Shown here: in pieces, positions 45,654 through 55,475 of the stretch
Layout: each line of letters opens with the position of its first letter
Numbering within the stretch: the first letter of the stretch is position 1
Assembly (NCBI GenBank): GCA_963801665.1
Contig: CAWDFL010000004.1
Location: forward strand, 366,590-430,589
Direction: 5' to 3'
From: an uncultured delta proteobacterium
Lineage (GTDB): Bacteria; Desulfobacterota; Binatia; Binatales; Binataceae
DNA length: 64,000 nucleotides
The notes under the pieces: generated by a model
Database searches by the model: none
The model's input: the letters and a program-made list of their open reading frames with translations, nothing else
What the model was told of the DNA's origin: nothing
Program-made: the position numbers and the translations under genes

Positions 45654-47867
45654 CTAAGGCGCGGCAAACCACAGCACCGACAGCGGAGGCAGCTCGATCG
45701 AGATCGAAAATGGGAACTGATGCCACGGATGCGCCTGCGCCTCGATGCCACCGAGATTGCCGACGTTGCCGCCGCCATAGATCGCGGCGTCGGTGTTGAG
45801 GATCTCGCGATACCATCCTGGCGCCATCACGCCCACGCGAAAGCGCGAGCGATGCACCGGCGAGAAATTGCATACGCACACGACTTTCGCGCCGGTCTTC
45901 GGCGCGATGCGGATGAAGGAGATCACGTTGTCGGCCGCATCGTCGGCGTCGATCCAGTGAAAACCCGCCGGCTCGCAATCGGCCTCCCACAGCGCGGGAT
46001 ATTCGCGATAAGTGCGGTTAAGATCGCGCACCAGCGTGCGGAGTCCGCGATGCGGCGCGTACTCGAGCAGATGCCATTCCAGGCTCGAATCGTGATCCCA
46101 TTCCGACCACTGCCCGAACTCGTTGCCCATGAACAGATGCTTCTTGCCGGGCCGCGCCCACATGTAGCCATAGAGCGCGCGCAGATTCGCAAAGCGCTCG
46201 GGCGCGCCGCCCGGCATCTTGTCGAGCATCGAGCGCTTGCCGTGCACCACCTCGTCGTGCGAAAGCGGCAGCACGAAGTTCTCGCTCCACGCGTAGAGCA
46301 TTCCGAAACTCAAATTGCGATGGTGCCATTTGCGGTAGATCGGATCGAGCGAGAAGTACGCAAGCGTGTCGTGCATCCATCCCATGTCCCACTTGAATCC
46401 GAATCCAAGTCCGCCCACGAAGACCGGCCGGCTGACTCCGCCCCATGCGGTCGATTCCTCCGCGATCATCATGATTCCAGGATTGAGCGCGTAAGTCTGT
46501 TCGTTGAGCGCGCGCAGAAACGCGATTGCGTCCAGGTTCTCGCGCCCGCCATGCACGTTCGGAATCCAGTCGCCCTCGCGCCGCCCATAGTCGAGATAGA
46601 TCATCGACGCGACGGCGTCGACGCGCAATCCGTCGGCGTGAAACTCGCCCAGCCAATAGAGCGCGCTCGAAATCAGAAAGCTCTTCACCTCGTTGCGGCC
46701 GTAGTTGAAAATGTAGGTTCCCCAATCCGGATGATTTCCCAAGCGGGGATCCTGATGCTCATACAGCGCGGTGCCGTCGAAGCGCCCGAGGCTGAACTCG
46801 TCCTTCGGAAAATGGGCCGGCACCCAATCGAGGATCACGCCGATTCCGCGCCGATGCATCTCATCGATCAGGTAGCGCAGGTCGTCGGGAGAGCCGAAAC
46901 GCGCGGTGGGCGCGAAATATCCACTGACCTGGTAGCCCCACGATCCGGTGAACGGATGCTCCATCACCGGCATCAGCTCGACATGCGTGAAGCCCATCTC
47001 CTGAACGTAGTCGCCTAGCTGCTGCGCCATCTCGCGGTAAGTGAGCCATCGATTGCCCTCTTCCGGAACCCGGCGCCACGAACCCAGATGCACCTCGTAG
47101 ACGGACACCGGAGATTTGCTCGCCTCGCCTCGCGCGCGCGATTCGAGCCACTCGGCATCGCGAAATTTGTAGTTCGATTTATAGACGATCGACGCGGTCT
47201 CCGGCGGCATCTCCATCCGCAGCGCATAAGGATCGCTCTTCAACAGCAGCGAACCGTCGCGGGTGCGGATTTCATATTTATAGATCGCACCGGGCTCGAG
47301 TCCGGGGATGAACAGCTCCCAGATTCCCGAGCTGCCGAGCACGCGCATCATGTGCAGGCGTCCGTCCCAGCGGTTGAAGCTGCCGACCACGCTCACGCTC
47401 CGCGCCGTCGGCGCCCATACCGCGAAACTCACTCCCGCGATTCCGCTCCATTCGATCGCATGCGCACCCAGCTTCTCCCACGCGCGATGATGCTTCTGCT
47501 CGCCCCACAAATACATGTCGAGCTCGCCGAGCGTCGGCAGAAACGAGTACGGATCGCGCCCGGTTAGGATGCTGCCGTCGGGATAGTGAACCTCGAGCCG
47601 ATAGGGAAAGACCTCGGTCCGGTCCTTCACGATCGCCTCGAACATTCCACTGCCTTCGCGCTCGAGCATTTCGTACCGCGCCGAGCCGTCCGTCAGCAGA
47701 AACATCTTCGATGCGCCCGGACGAAACGCGCGCACGATCACATGGTCGCCTGCCGGATGCGCGCCGAGAATCGAATGAGGATCGGGATGCTCCAGCGCCA
47801 GCAGCCGCTCCAGGTCGGTCCGCGGCGCAGCCGCCTTGGGTTTGATTTCGAGTTTCGTGATGCTCAT
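45654..47867 (-). CDS. glgB: 1,4-alpha-glucan branching enzyme
   Basis: 737 aa, GH13 catalytic core (GLRVDAVASMIY, EESTAW, SHDEVVHGK) with a CBM48 N-terminal domain. Confidence 0.97.
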   Translation of the reverse strand: MSITKLEIKPKAAAPRTDLERLLALEHPDPHSILGAHPAGDHVIVRAFRPGASKMFLLTDGSARYEMLEREGSGMFEAIVKDRTEVFPYRLEVHYPDGSILTGRDPYSFLPTLGELDMYLWGEQKHHRAWEKLGAHAIEWSGIAGVSFAVWAPTARSVSVVGSFNRWDGRLHMMRVLGSSGIWELFIPGLEPGAIYKYEIRTRDGSLLLKSDPYALRMEMPPETASIVYKSNYKFRDAEWLESRARGEASKSPVSVYEVHLGSWRRVPEEGNRWLTYREMAQQLGDYVQEMGFTHVELMPVMEHPFTGSWGYQVSGYFAPTARFGSPDDLRYLIDEMHRRGIGVILDWVPAHFPKDEFSLGRFDGTALYEHQDPRLGNHPDWGTYIFNYGRNEVKSFLISSALYWLGEFHADGLRVDAVASMIYLDYGRREGDWIPNVHGGRENLDAIAFLRALNEQTYALNPGIMMIAEESTAWGGVSRPVFVGGLGFGFKWDMGWMHDTLAYFSLDPIYRKWHHRNLSFGMLYAWSENFVLPLSHDEVVHGKRSMLDKMPGGAPERFANLRALYGYMWARPGKKHLFMGNEFGQWSEWDHDSSLEWHLLEYAPHRGLRTLVRDLNRTYREYPALWEADCEPAGFHWIDADDAADNVISFIRIAPKTGAKVVCVCNFSPVHRSRFRVGVMAPGWYREILNTDAAIYGGGNVGNLGGIEAQAHPWHQFPFSISIELPPLSVLWFAAP

Positions 47868-47990
47868 ATCTCAGGAAGTCCAGCATAGATTCTAGATGAT
47901 GCAGCGCGCCTTTGCTTCCCCTTTTCCATTACCCTCCATCGGGGCCCGCAAGCTATTTTGATCGAACCAATCTCCAGGAGAATCGCGTCT

Positions 47991-49256
47991 ATGCCGTCAT
48001 CGCCAAACGAACCCACCCCGCCGCAACGCGAAGCCGTCAATCGGCTCGATCCGCTGATGGGCCAGCTCGAGGTCCTCGAACCCGGCCTGGCGATGTTCCA
48101 CGGCTTCGCCAACGTCGCCTTCGCATACGGACGCGGCGAGATGCTCGCGGCCGACACCAGCTCGCGCGGGATGGGCGCGCTCGCGATCGGAGCGATCCGC
48201 AAAGTCACCGACGAACCGGTCACGGTGATCGTCTATACCCACGGCCACGGCGACCACGCCTTCGGCACCGAGGCGTTCATTACCGACGCTTTAAATCGCG
48301 GCTATCAGCGGCCTAAAATCTGGGCGCATGAGGATTTGCGCAGCCGCTTCAAGCGCTACGTGCGCACCGCCGGATGGCAGGGGCACATCAACCGATTGCA
48401 ATTCGGCGTGACCTCGCAAGCGGTCGCGGGAATCTTCAACGAGAAATCCTATCACTACCCGGACCTGACGTTTCGCGGGATGCAGCTGCTCGAGCTCGCC
48501 GGAGAGGCCGTCGAGCTGCATCACGCGCTCGGCGAGACCGACGACGCGACGTGGGTCTGGCTGCCGCTGCGGCACGCCGCCCTGGTCGGCGATCTGATCG
48601 TGTCGTCGCTGCCGAACACCGGCAATCCCAACAAGGTCCAACGCTACACTCTCGAATGGGCCGAGGCGCTCGAGAAAATCGCGGCTCGCAAACCGCGATA
48701 CGTGCTGCCCGGCCACGGGCCGGCCTATCGCGGCGAAGACGTGTGCGAGGAGCTTCTGCTCGAAACCGCGCGCGCCTTGCGCTTCATCCATGACGACGTG
48801 GTCGCGCGGCTCAACGCCGGCCAGTGGCCGATCGACATAATCGAAGCCGGCATCGAGCTGCCGCCCGATCTCGCCGCGAAGCGGTTCCTTGCGCCCGTCT
48901 ACGGATGCACTGCATTCGTCGTGCGCGATGTAATCCGCCGCTACGCAGGATGGTGGTCCGGCGAGCCCTCGCAGATGTTCCCCGCGACGCGAAAGGACCG
49001 CGCCGACGACATCCTCGCGCTATGCGGCCGCGACGCGATCCTCGGTCGCGCCCGCACGCTGCGCACCGAGGGCCACCTCCAGCGCGCTCTCGCACTGGCC
49101 GAACAAGTCGTCAACGCAAAGCCCGATGACAAAGAGGCGATCGCGCTCAACGCCGAAATCCTTGAAGCTCTGGCCGCCGCGGAGCGCTCGTTCATAGCCC
49201 GCAACTTCTACGCTGGCGCCGCCCGCGCTCTGCGCGAACGCCTGGCCGATACCTGA
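47991..49256 (+). CDS. MBL-fold hydrolase, alkyl/aryl-sulfatase-like (no SCP2 tail)
   Basis: Start chosen at ATG 47991, which is preceded by AGGAGA. Motif VYTHGHGDHAFG, an alkyl-sulfatase dimerisation-like segment (RYAGWWSGEPSQMFP), and a helical C-terminus. Confidence 0.75.
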   Translation: MPSSPNEPTPPQREAVNRLDPLMGQLEVLEPGLAMFHGFANVAFAYGRGEMLAADTSSRGMGALAIGAIRKVTDEPVTVIVYTHGHGDHAFGTEAFITDALNRGYQRPKIWAHEDLRSRFKRYVRTAGWQGHINRLQFGVTSQAVAGIFNEKSYHYPDLTFRGMQLLELAGEAVELHHALGETDDATWVWLPLRHAALVGDLIVSSLPNTGNPNKVQRYTLEWAEALEKIAARKPRYVLPGHGPAYRGEDVCEELLLETARALRFIHDDVVARLNAGQWPIDIIEAGIELPPDLAAKRFLAPVYGCTAFVVRDVIRRYAGWWSGEPSQMFPATRKDRADDILALCGRDAILGRARTLRTEGHLQRALALAEQVVNAKPDDKEAIALNAEILEALAAAERSFIARNFYAGAARALRERLADT

Positions 49257-49456
49257 GCCCCTGTAAGAGGCCGCCGAGACGGCGGCCCTACTGGCATTGG
49301 GCCTTTTTGAGTGGGACCGGCGTCTCGCCGGTCATTACAGATCGCGCAGTGGTGATTTTCGACGACCTCAATCTGACGGAGGATAGGCAAGACGCGCGAC
49401 ATCATGCGCGCCCTGATGATATAGATATAATGATTGCGGGAACGCCGGGATCGCAT

Positions 49457-49801
49457 ATGCAGGACCACGTCGAATCGGAATTGCTGGATCGAGACTCGAC
49501 CCTGGCGGAAATCGTGCATCGGCTTGCCGATGCGTACCATCCGCGATCGATCTACCTCTTCGGCTCAAAGGCACGCGGCGACGGCGGACCGGACAGCGAT
49601 TATGACTTGTTGGTAATCGTACCCGATAACGCGCCTCCGAGACTGCTTCGGAGCCGGCTCGCGTACGAAGCGCTCAGAGGCACTGCGACCGCGGCAGACG
49701 TGGTGGTTTGCACCCAATCCCACTTCGAGGCGCGCAGGCATCTTCGCGCCTCGCTGCCAGGAATAGTTTTGCGCGAAGGAAAACTTCTCCATGCCGCATG
49801 A
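49457..49801 (+). CDS. minimal nucleotidyltransferase (MNT) antitoxin-type protein
   Basis: IYLFGSKARGDGGPDSDYDLLVIVPD (GS..D.D nucleotidyltransferase motif). Overlaps the HEPN start by 11 nt. Confidence 0.8.
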   Translation: MQDHVESELLDRDSTLAEIVHRLADAYHPRSIYLFGSKARGDGGPDSDYDLLVIVPDNAPPRLLRSRLAYEALRGTATAADVVVCTQSHFEARRHLRASLPGIVLREGKLLHAA

Positions 49802-50200
49802 TCCCGCCCGGATCGCGGACACGAAGAGCTGGCTTGCGAGAGCGGTCGGCGACATTGCGGCTGCCGAAAGACTTCTCAAACCGCCGGCTCTATTCGGTAC
49901 AGCAGTTTTTCACTGCCAGCAGGCCGCGGAAAAACGTTCAAGGGATTTCTCGCGTGGCATGATATCCCTTTTCGCAAGACCCATAATCTCGAGCAGATCG
50001 GTGAGGCCTGTATCGCGATCGATGCGAATCTGCGAGCGACAGTCGATCGAGCAGTCCCATTAACTGAATATGCCTGGAAATTCCGCTACCCTGGTCCGGT
50101 CGAGGAGCCTACCCGTGAAGAGGCACAGGACGCTCTAGCCTCAGCGCGCGACGTTTACACGGCGATCATTGCGCTGCTACCTGCCGAAGCTAAACCTTAA
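49791..50200 (+). pseudogene. HEPN-domain toxin-type gene with a 1-nt frame disruption in an A5 run
   Basis: MPHDPARIADTKSWLARAVGDIAAAERLL..FHCQQAAEK, then the frame is lost at GAAAAA (49929-49934). The shifted frame reads FKGFLAWHDIPFRKTHNLEQIGEACIAID...YAWKFRYPGPVEEP..., ending at TAA 50198-50200. Confidence 0.65.
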
Positions 50201-50288
50201 CTCTCCGTTACTGCCGAGAGTCGCCCACGCGCGAGCTTGCGCGAGGCGATGGCTTCCTGATTGTTTACTGACGCGCGCGGTGTGACTC

Positions 50289-51677
50289 ATGGGCCGGATT
50301 CTTCTTCTCGACGACGAGCCTGACATGCTCGAAAATTGCCGGCGGATTCTTGCCCGCGCCGGCCACGAATGTTTTGTCTCGAGCGATCCGGCCGAAGCGG
50401 TAGCCCTTCTGGAAAGCGCGCTGCCCGATCTGGTGATCACCGACCTGCGGATGCCGTCGATCGACGGCCTGGAAATCATGCGCCGCGCACAGGCGCTCGA
50501 TCCCGCCCGCCCCGTAATCATGCTCACCGCGTTTGCAACTATCGAGTCGGCCGTCGCCGCGGTCAAAGCAGGCGCGTTCGACTACTTGGCTAAGCCGTTC
50601 ACGATGGATCAGTTGCGGCTCGCCGCTGAACGCGCGCTGGCGCAGCGCAACCTGATGATCGAGAACCGCAATCTGCGCGCGCAGCTAAGCGGCGTCTTCG
50701 GCTTCGAAAATATCATCGGCTCCAGCCTCGCGATTCAGCGCGTGATCGATTTCGTGCGCAAGGCCGCGCGCAGCGAGGCCAATATCCTTGTGCTCGGCGA
50801 ATCGGGAACCGGCAAAGAGCTGGTCGCGCGCGCGATTCACGCCAACAGTCCTCGCGCCGCTGGCGCCTTCGTCCCGGTCGATTGCGCCGCGCTGCCCGAA
50901 AACCTGCTCGAATCGGAGTTGTTCGGCCACGAACGCGGCGCGTTTACCGGCGCGGTCTCCTCCAAGCCGGGCCTGCTCGAGACCGCCGGCGGAGGCACGG
51001 TCTTCCTCGACGAGATTGGCGAGCTGCCGATTGGATTGCAGGCCAAGCTCCTGCGCGCGATCCAGGAGCGCGAGATTCGGCGCGTCGGCGGCACCCACCA
51101 GGTCCGAATCGACGTACGGATTCTGTCCGCGACCAATCGCGATCTGCGTGCGCTGGTGGTCGCGGGCCAATTCCGCGACGATCTGTTCTACCGAATCGAC
51201 GTGATCGATATCATGCTGCCGCCGCTGCGCGAACGTAAATCCGATATCGCCCTGCTCGCTCAGCGCTTTCTGGAAAGATTTCGCGGTAGCGGCGAGACCG
51301 CTCCGCGGGGGCTCGAGCCCGACGCGATCGCCGCGCTCGAGGCCTACCAATGGCCGGGCAACGTGCGCGAACTGCAGAACGTCATCGAGCGCGCCTGCGC
51401 GCTGACCGAGGGTCCGTCGATTTCCCTGCGTGACCTTCCAGAGAAGATCCGCTCGCCACAATCGGCAACGCAATCGGAGCAAGCTGACGTTGCTGGCACG
51501 AACGGCGCCGAGCTCAGTTTCAAACAGGCCAAAGCGAAATGGGTCGAGGAGCTCGAGGCCAGGTATATACGCGAAATCCTGAACCGCTTTCATGGCAACG
51601 TCTCGCAGGCGGCCCGCGCCGCGCAGATGGACCGGACGACTTTTCATCGGCTGCTGAACAAGCATCGCATCCGATGA
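50289..51677 (+). CDS. sigma-54-dependent response regulator (NtrC family: REC, AAA+, Fis-type HTH)
   Basis: REC domain (ILLLDDEPD..DLVITDLRMP). AAA+ domain with Walker A GESGTGKE, GAFTGA, FLDEIGEL and RELQNVIER. C-terminal HTH GNVSQAARAAQMDRTTFHRLL. Confidence 0.93.
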   Translation: MGRILLLDDEPDMLENCRRILARAGHECFVSSDPAEAVALLESALPDLVITDLRMPSIDGLEIMRRAQALDPARPVIMLTAFATIESAVAAVKAGAFDYLAKPFTMDQLRLAAERALAQRNLMIENRNLRAQLSGVFGFENIIGSSLAIQRVIDFVRKAARSEANILVLGESGTGKELVARAIHANSPRAAGAFVPVDCAALPENLLESELFGHERGAFTGAVSSKPGLLETAGGGTVFLDEIGELPIGLQAKLLRAIQEREIRRVGGTHQVRIDVRILSATNRDLRALVVAGQFRDDLFYRIDVIDIMLPPLRERKSDIALLAQRFLERFRGSGETAPRGLEPDAIAALEAYQWPGNVRELQNVIERACALTEGPSISLRDLPEKIRSPQSATQSEQADVAGTNGAELSFKQAKAKWVEELEARYIREILNRFHGNVSQAARAAQMDRTTFHRLLNKHRIR

Positions 51678-51712
51678 TGCCGATTCCTGTCGCGGGTGCG
51701 GAGCGCCGATTA

Positions 51713-52078
51713 TTAGTGCGCCAGCAGAGCGCTGCGAACCAGAGCGTTGAGCTCGGCTAGCCCGACGGGCTTCTGCACGCATACGCTCGCGCCAGCTCTT
51801 TGCGCGGCGTCGGTCACGCCTTCGGTGCGGTGACCCGTAATCGCTATTATGGGAGTCCGCGGCGAGGTCTCATGCGCGTGGCGGATAACCTCGATTCCGC
51901 TGGCCGCCGGCAGGTTCAGGTCGGTCAGGATCAGGTCCGGATGCTCCCGGTCGAACAGTGCCATCGCTTGCTCGCCGTCGAACGCCGGCAGGCAGCAGTA
52001 TCCCGACCGCGCAAGCATCCGCGTGTACGAATCGACCAAATCGCGCTCGTCATCGACGATCAGAATCGTGGACGCCAT
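51713..52078 (-). CDS. single-domain response regulator (REC)
   Basis: MASTILIVDDERDLV..DLILTDLNLP..IIAITGH..KP. Confidence 0.85.
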   Translation of the reverse strand: MASTILIVDDERDLVDSYTRMLARSGYCCLPAFDGEQAMALFDREHPDLILTDLNLPAASGIEVIRHAHETSPRTPIIAITGHRTEGVTDAAQRAGASVCVQKPVGLAELNALVRSALLAH

Positions 52079-52230
52079 CTTCAGTCCCCCCGAATCATGA
52101 AGATCGCAGCAAGTAGTGTTCCGATTCTTGGACCCCAGAATTTATATGGCGATTATTCTCTGCGCGCAAAAAAGCAGCGGCGCTGACGCAACAGTTATGA
52201 CGCGCGGAGCACACACTGTTGTCTCTTTAT

Positions 52231-53577
52231 CTATCCCGCTGCCGATGCCGCCGTGACGCCTTCGACATCGTCATCTATGCCGGGTAGCCGGATAAGGAAG
52301 CTCGTTCCCTTTCCGACCTCCGAATGCGCCTCGATCGTGCCGCCGTGGTCGGCTATAACGCGATGACTCAGCCACAGGCCAAGGCCTGTGCCCTGCGCCT
52401 TGGTGGTGTAGAACGGCTCGAAGACCCGCGCGATCACGTCTGGCGGCGCACCCGAGCCGTTGTCGCTGACGATGATACGAACCCATCCGGGCTTCGAAAG
52501 ATCGGGGCCAGTCTCGATTTTTATCCGATCCGCGGCGGCGTCGCGCGCGTTCATCAGCAGGTTGACTATCACCTGCTCGAGCCCTGTCTGCTCGCCCATC
52601 ACCCGCGCGATCGAGCGGTCGAGCGCCAACTCGACCCGCGCGGCGCCGATCCGCGAATCGCCGAAGACCAGCGTAACGATCTCCTCGATCGATCCGTTGA
52701 TATCCACCGGAATGCGGGCGGGCGGACGCTGGCGCGCGAGCGCAAGCAGACTGCGCGAGACGCGGCCCGCGTGCTCGACGTTGCGCTGCAAGACGCACAG
52801 ATCGGCGCGGGTTGAAGACGGAAGATCCTGCGCCTCGGAGAGCATCAGCTCGATTCGCGACGAGATTATCGCCAGCGGATTGTTCAGCTCATGGGCGATC
52901 GCGCCCGCCACCGCCCCGAGCGCGTTCAGGGTTTCATTGCGCCGCGCCTCGCGCTCCATCACGCGGCGCGCCGTGATATCGGAGACGAAGGCGACTACGC
53001 GATCGATGTTTTCGAACACGATATGGCTGAGACTGACTTCCGCGGCGAATTCGGTTCCGTCCTTGCGCGCGCCAATAATCTCCATCCCCGCGCCCATTCG
53101 GCGCGAGCGCGGCGCGGCGAAAAACCCGGCCCGATGACCCTCGTGGCGATCGCGCAGCCGTGCGGGCACCAGCACCTCGACTGGCTGGCCGACGACTTCT
53201 GCCTCCGTGTAGCCGAACATCTTGAGCGCGCGCGGGTTCATCTGGCGGATCGATCCGTCGCGGTCCAGTTGGACGATCCCCTCGATCGCCGACTCGAAGA
53301 ACGCGCGCGCCCGCGACGCTGCTTCCCGCTCGGCCCGCACCGACTCGTGCAGCCGGCGCGCATATCGGCTCGCGACCAAGTACAGCGCAAGCCCCGTGAC
53401 ACAGGTAAAGACGAAGCGGTTGACTTCGACCGAATGAGGCGGCACCAGCCCGAGAATCAGGTTCGCAAAGCCGAGCCACAGGATCCCGACCGCGAAATAG
53501 ATCACGGCGATCTTGAGCGGAGAGCCTAAAAGCCCCTTCGGCGCCGGATTGTTCGGCGGATTTGGATCGTTCAGCAC
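52231..53577 (-). CDS. PAS-domain sensor histidine kinase
   Basis: Two N-terminal TM helices, a PAS domain (IVQLDRDGSIRQMNPRALKMFGY), the HisKA H-box AIAHELNNPL, and HATPase_c (NLLMNARDA, DNGSG, GTGLGL). Confidence 0.9.
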   Translation of the reverse strand: MLNDPNPPNNPAPKGLLGSPLKIAVIYFAVGILWLGFANLILGLVPPHSVEVNRFVFTCVTGLALYLVASRYARRLHESVRAEREAASRARAFFESAIEGIVQLDRDGSIRQMNPRALKMFGYTEAEVVGQPVEVLVPARLRDRHEGHRAGFFAAPRSRRMGAGMEIIGARKDGTEFAAEVSLSHIVFENIDRVVAFVSDITARRVMEREARRNETLNALGAVAGAIAHELNNPLAIISSRIELMLSEAQDLPSSTRADLCVLQRNVEHAGRVSRSLLALARQRPPARIPVDINGSIEEIVTLVFGDSRIGAARVELALDRSIARVMGEQTGLEQVIVNLLMNARDAAADRIKIETGPDLSKPGWVRIIVSDNGSGAPPDVIARVFEPFYTTKAQGTGLGLWLSHRVIADHGGTIEAHSEVGKGTSFLIRLPGIDDDVEGVTAASAAG

Positions 53578-54025
53578 GTGTCTGGTCAGCGGTTTTGGAT
53601 TCGCCTGAATCTCGCCGAACGAGCCAAGATCCCGGACCGTCGAGTTTAGCCGTCGTCCACGCCAGTGGGTAGTGCGGGCGATGGTGCGGATAAATCGCAG
53701 AGCCGGACCCGCATCCGGCGTCTGATCCCTCTCCCTTTCAGTCAGGGCGAGGGATCAGAAAAGGCCGCCGTCACCCGCGCGTCACGATGCTCGCGAAAAA
53801 GAACCGCAAGCATCGCGCCGCATCGCCCTCTCCCGGACGGAGAGGGTATCCAAGCAGAGGCGTGCGAAGACGGGTCTGTCGCGACGCGCCCTTACGAATT
53901 GAGTCTGCCTTCGTAGCGGAGATCGCGACACATCACGCAACAAACGAGGCACGGTATCAAGTCGCACCGGCTTAAGCCGGTGCGGGGTTACAGGCTGACG
54001 CCTGTGCCACAAATCCAATTCAGGG

Positions 54026-54838
54026 TCACTGTCCTCGCGCGGAGATGGGCTCCCTTCCGCCCGGACGTTCTGAGGCTGAGGGCGCATGCGCCCCAGCCGT
54101 ATCGCCAGCGTTGCGCGCGACGACCGCAACTCCAGTCACCTCGAACCCTTCCGCGCGAATCGCCGCCATCGACAGCGCCAGCGTGATTCGTCCGCCGTCG
54201 CGCCGCATCCGGACCGCCTCAAACGGCGCAACTTTCTCGCCGCGCATCACGCGCGCATACAGGCGCCGGGTCTCCGTGCGGAGGCTGGCAGGCAGCAGCT
54301 TGTCCGAATCCTCGCCGACGATCTCCTCGGAGCTGTAGCCATAAATCCGTTCCGCCCCGGTGTTCCACGCGATGATTTTGCCCCCGCCGTCGATTCCGTA
54401 AATTCCCTCGTCGATCGCGCTGACCACAGACGCGATCAGCTCGTAATGATCCTCGCGTCGCTTGGTTTCCAGCGCGGTTCGAATCACTGCCACCAGATTC
54501 TCGAATCCGTCCGGCTTCAGCATGTAGTAGAACAGGCCGTACTTGAACGCCTCGGCAACTACTTCCTCGCCGCCGTTTCCAGTCAGGAAGATAACCTTGC
54601 ACCGCGGCCATCGCTTACGCACTCGTTGCAGCACCGAGAGCCCATCGCCCCATCCGAGCCAATAGTCGGTGATCACGACGTCTATATTCTCGCGCCGCAG
54701 CGCGTCGTTGAATTCAAATGCCTCGCCCGCGATCAGAATCTGCTCGCCGGGAAAGGCGTGCTGAATCCTCCGCTGCATCACCATCCGATCGGTAACACTG
54801 TCTTCCACCAGCAATAGATCCATCGGTTCCTCTCGCAT
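54026..54838 (-). CDS. response regulator with C-terminal PAS domain (no recognised output domain)
   Basis: Start MREEPMDLLLVEDSVTD (ATG 54838, or 54823). REC domain (VVITDYWL..KVIFLTG) then PAS (GIYGIDGGGKIIAWNTGAERIYGYSSEEIVG). The upstream part of the track ORF is Arg-rich non-coding. Confidence 0.8.
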   Translation of the reverse strand: MREEPMDLLLVEDSVTDRMVMQRRIQHAFPGEQILIAGEAFEFNDALRRENIDVVITDYWLGWGDGLSVLQRVRKRWPRCKVIFLTGNGGEEVVAEAFKYGLFYYMLKPDGFENLVAVIRTALETKRREDHYELIASVVSAIDEGIYGIDGGGKIIAWNTGAERIYGYSSEEIVGEDSDKLLPASLRTETRRLYARVMRGEKVAPFEAVRMRRDGGRITLALSMAAIRAEGFEVTGVAVVARNAGDTAGAHAPSASERPGGREPISARGQ

Positions 54839-55343
54839 TGGGTTCGCGGGCGCGTCTGCATCATGCGAAGCGATACGCCACTGTTTTGGGACCCAAGTGA
54901 GCAAACGATGTGCCCGTGACCGCGAGAGCATCGCGTCTGGAGCATCGGCCCGCCTCGGAACGCGTGCGGATGTCCTGGCGCACGATAGACTACGCCGCAG
55001 ACAGCTTGCGGAGGTGCGCCGGTGACACATCGGCGCAAAGGTGTCGCAGATCGCTACGCTTTTTTCTCAAAACTGGACATTCTCACATGTCCCACATTTT
55101 CGATTTTTGGCGTCGGCTATCCCGTCCCAGTCGCCGCTTGGGCCTCCCGCAGCAATTATGGAACTGACGGCAGGATACTGGGCATCTGATGCGTAAACTT
55201 GCGGCGCTATCTTGTCGAATGCACCCATATACACGGTGCCACGCAGTCTGGCGGCGATGAATTGTGGCGCATCGAAGCCACAGGGTGTGGAGTTTCTCCC
55301 CGCATTCTCTACCGAAAATGGCTTATACGCTCAAATATTAGCT

Positions 55344-55358
55344 TGGCACAGAGCGTGC
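55344..55358 (+). promoter_or_regulatory. candidate sigma-54 (-24/-12) promoter
   Basis: TGGCAC-AGAGC-GTGC, compared with the consensus TGGCAC-N5-TTGC. About 118 nt upstream of the ATG at 55476. A sigma-54 activator gene lies 4 kb away. Confidence 0.35.
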
Positions 55359-55475
55359 TGGTCCGAAATAGCTTCGCAGTGACGAATCTCCGCGCTTGCG
55401 GCTTAAACGCCGCCTGCGTAAGCGCGGCTTTTGACTGGCCACTTAGGGCTTTCAGACTGGGGAGGATGACAGCCA

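Noticed and set aside
45606-47018. 470-aa plus-strand ORF
   Set aside because: Antisense to glgB.
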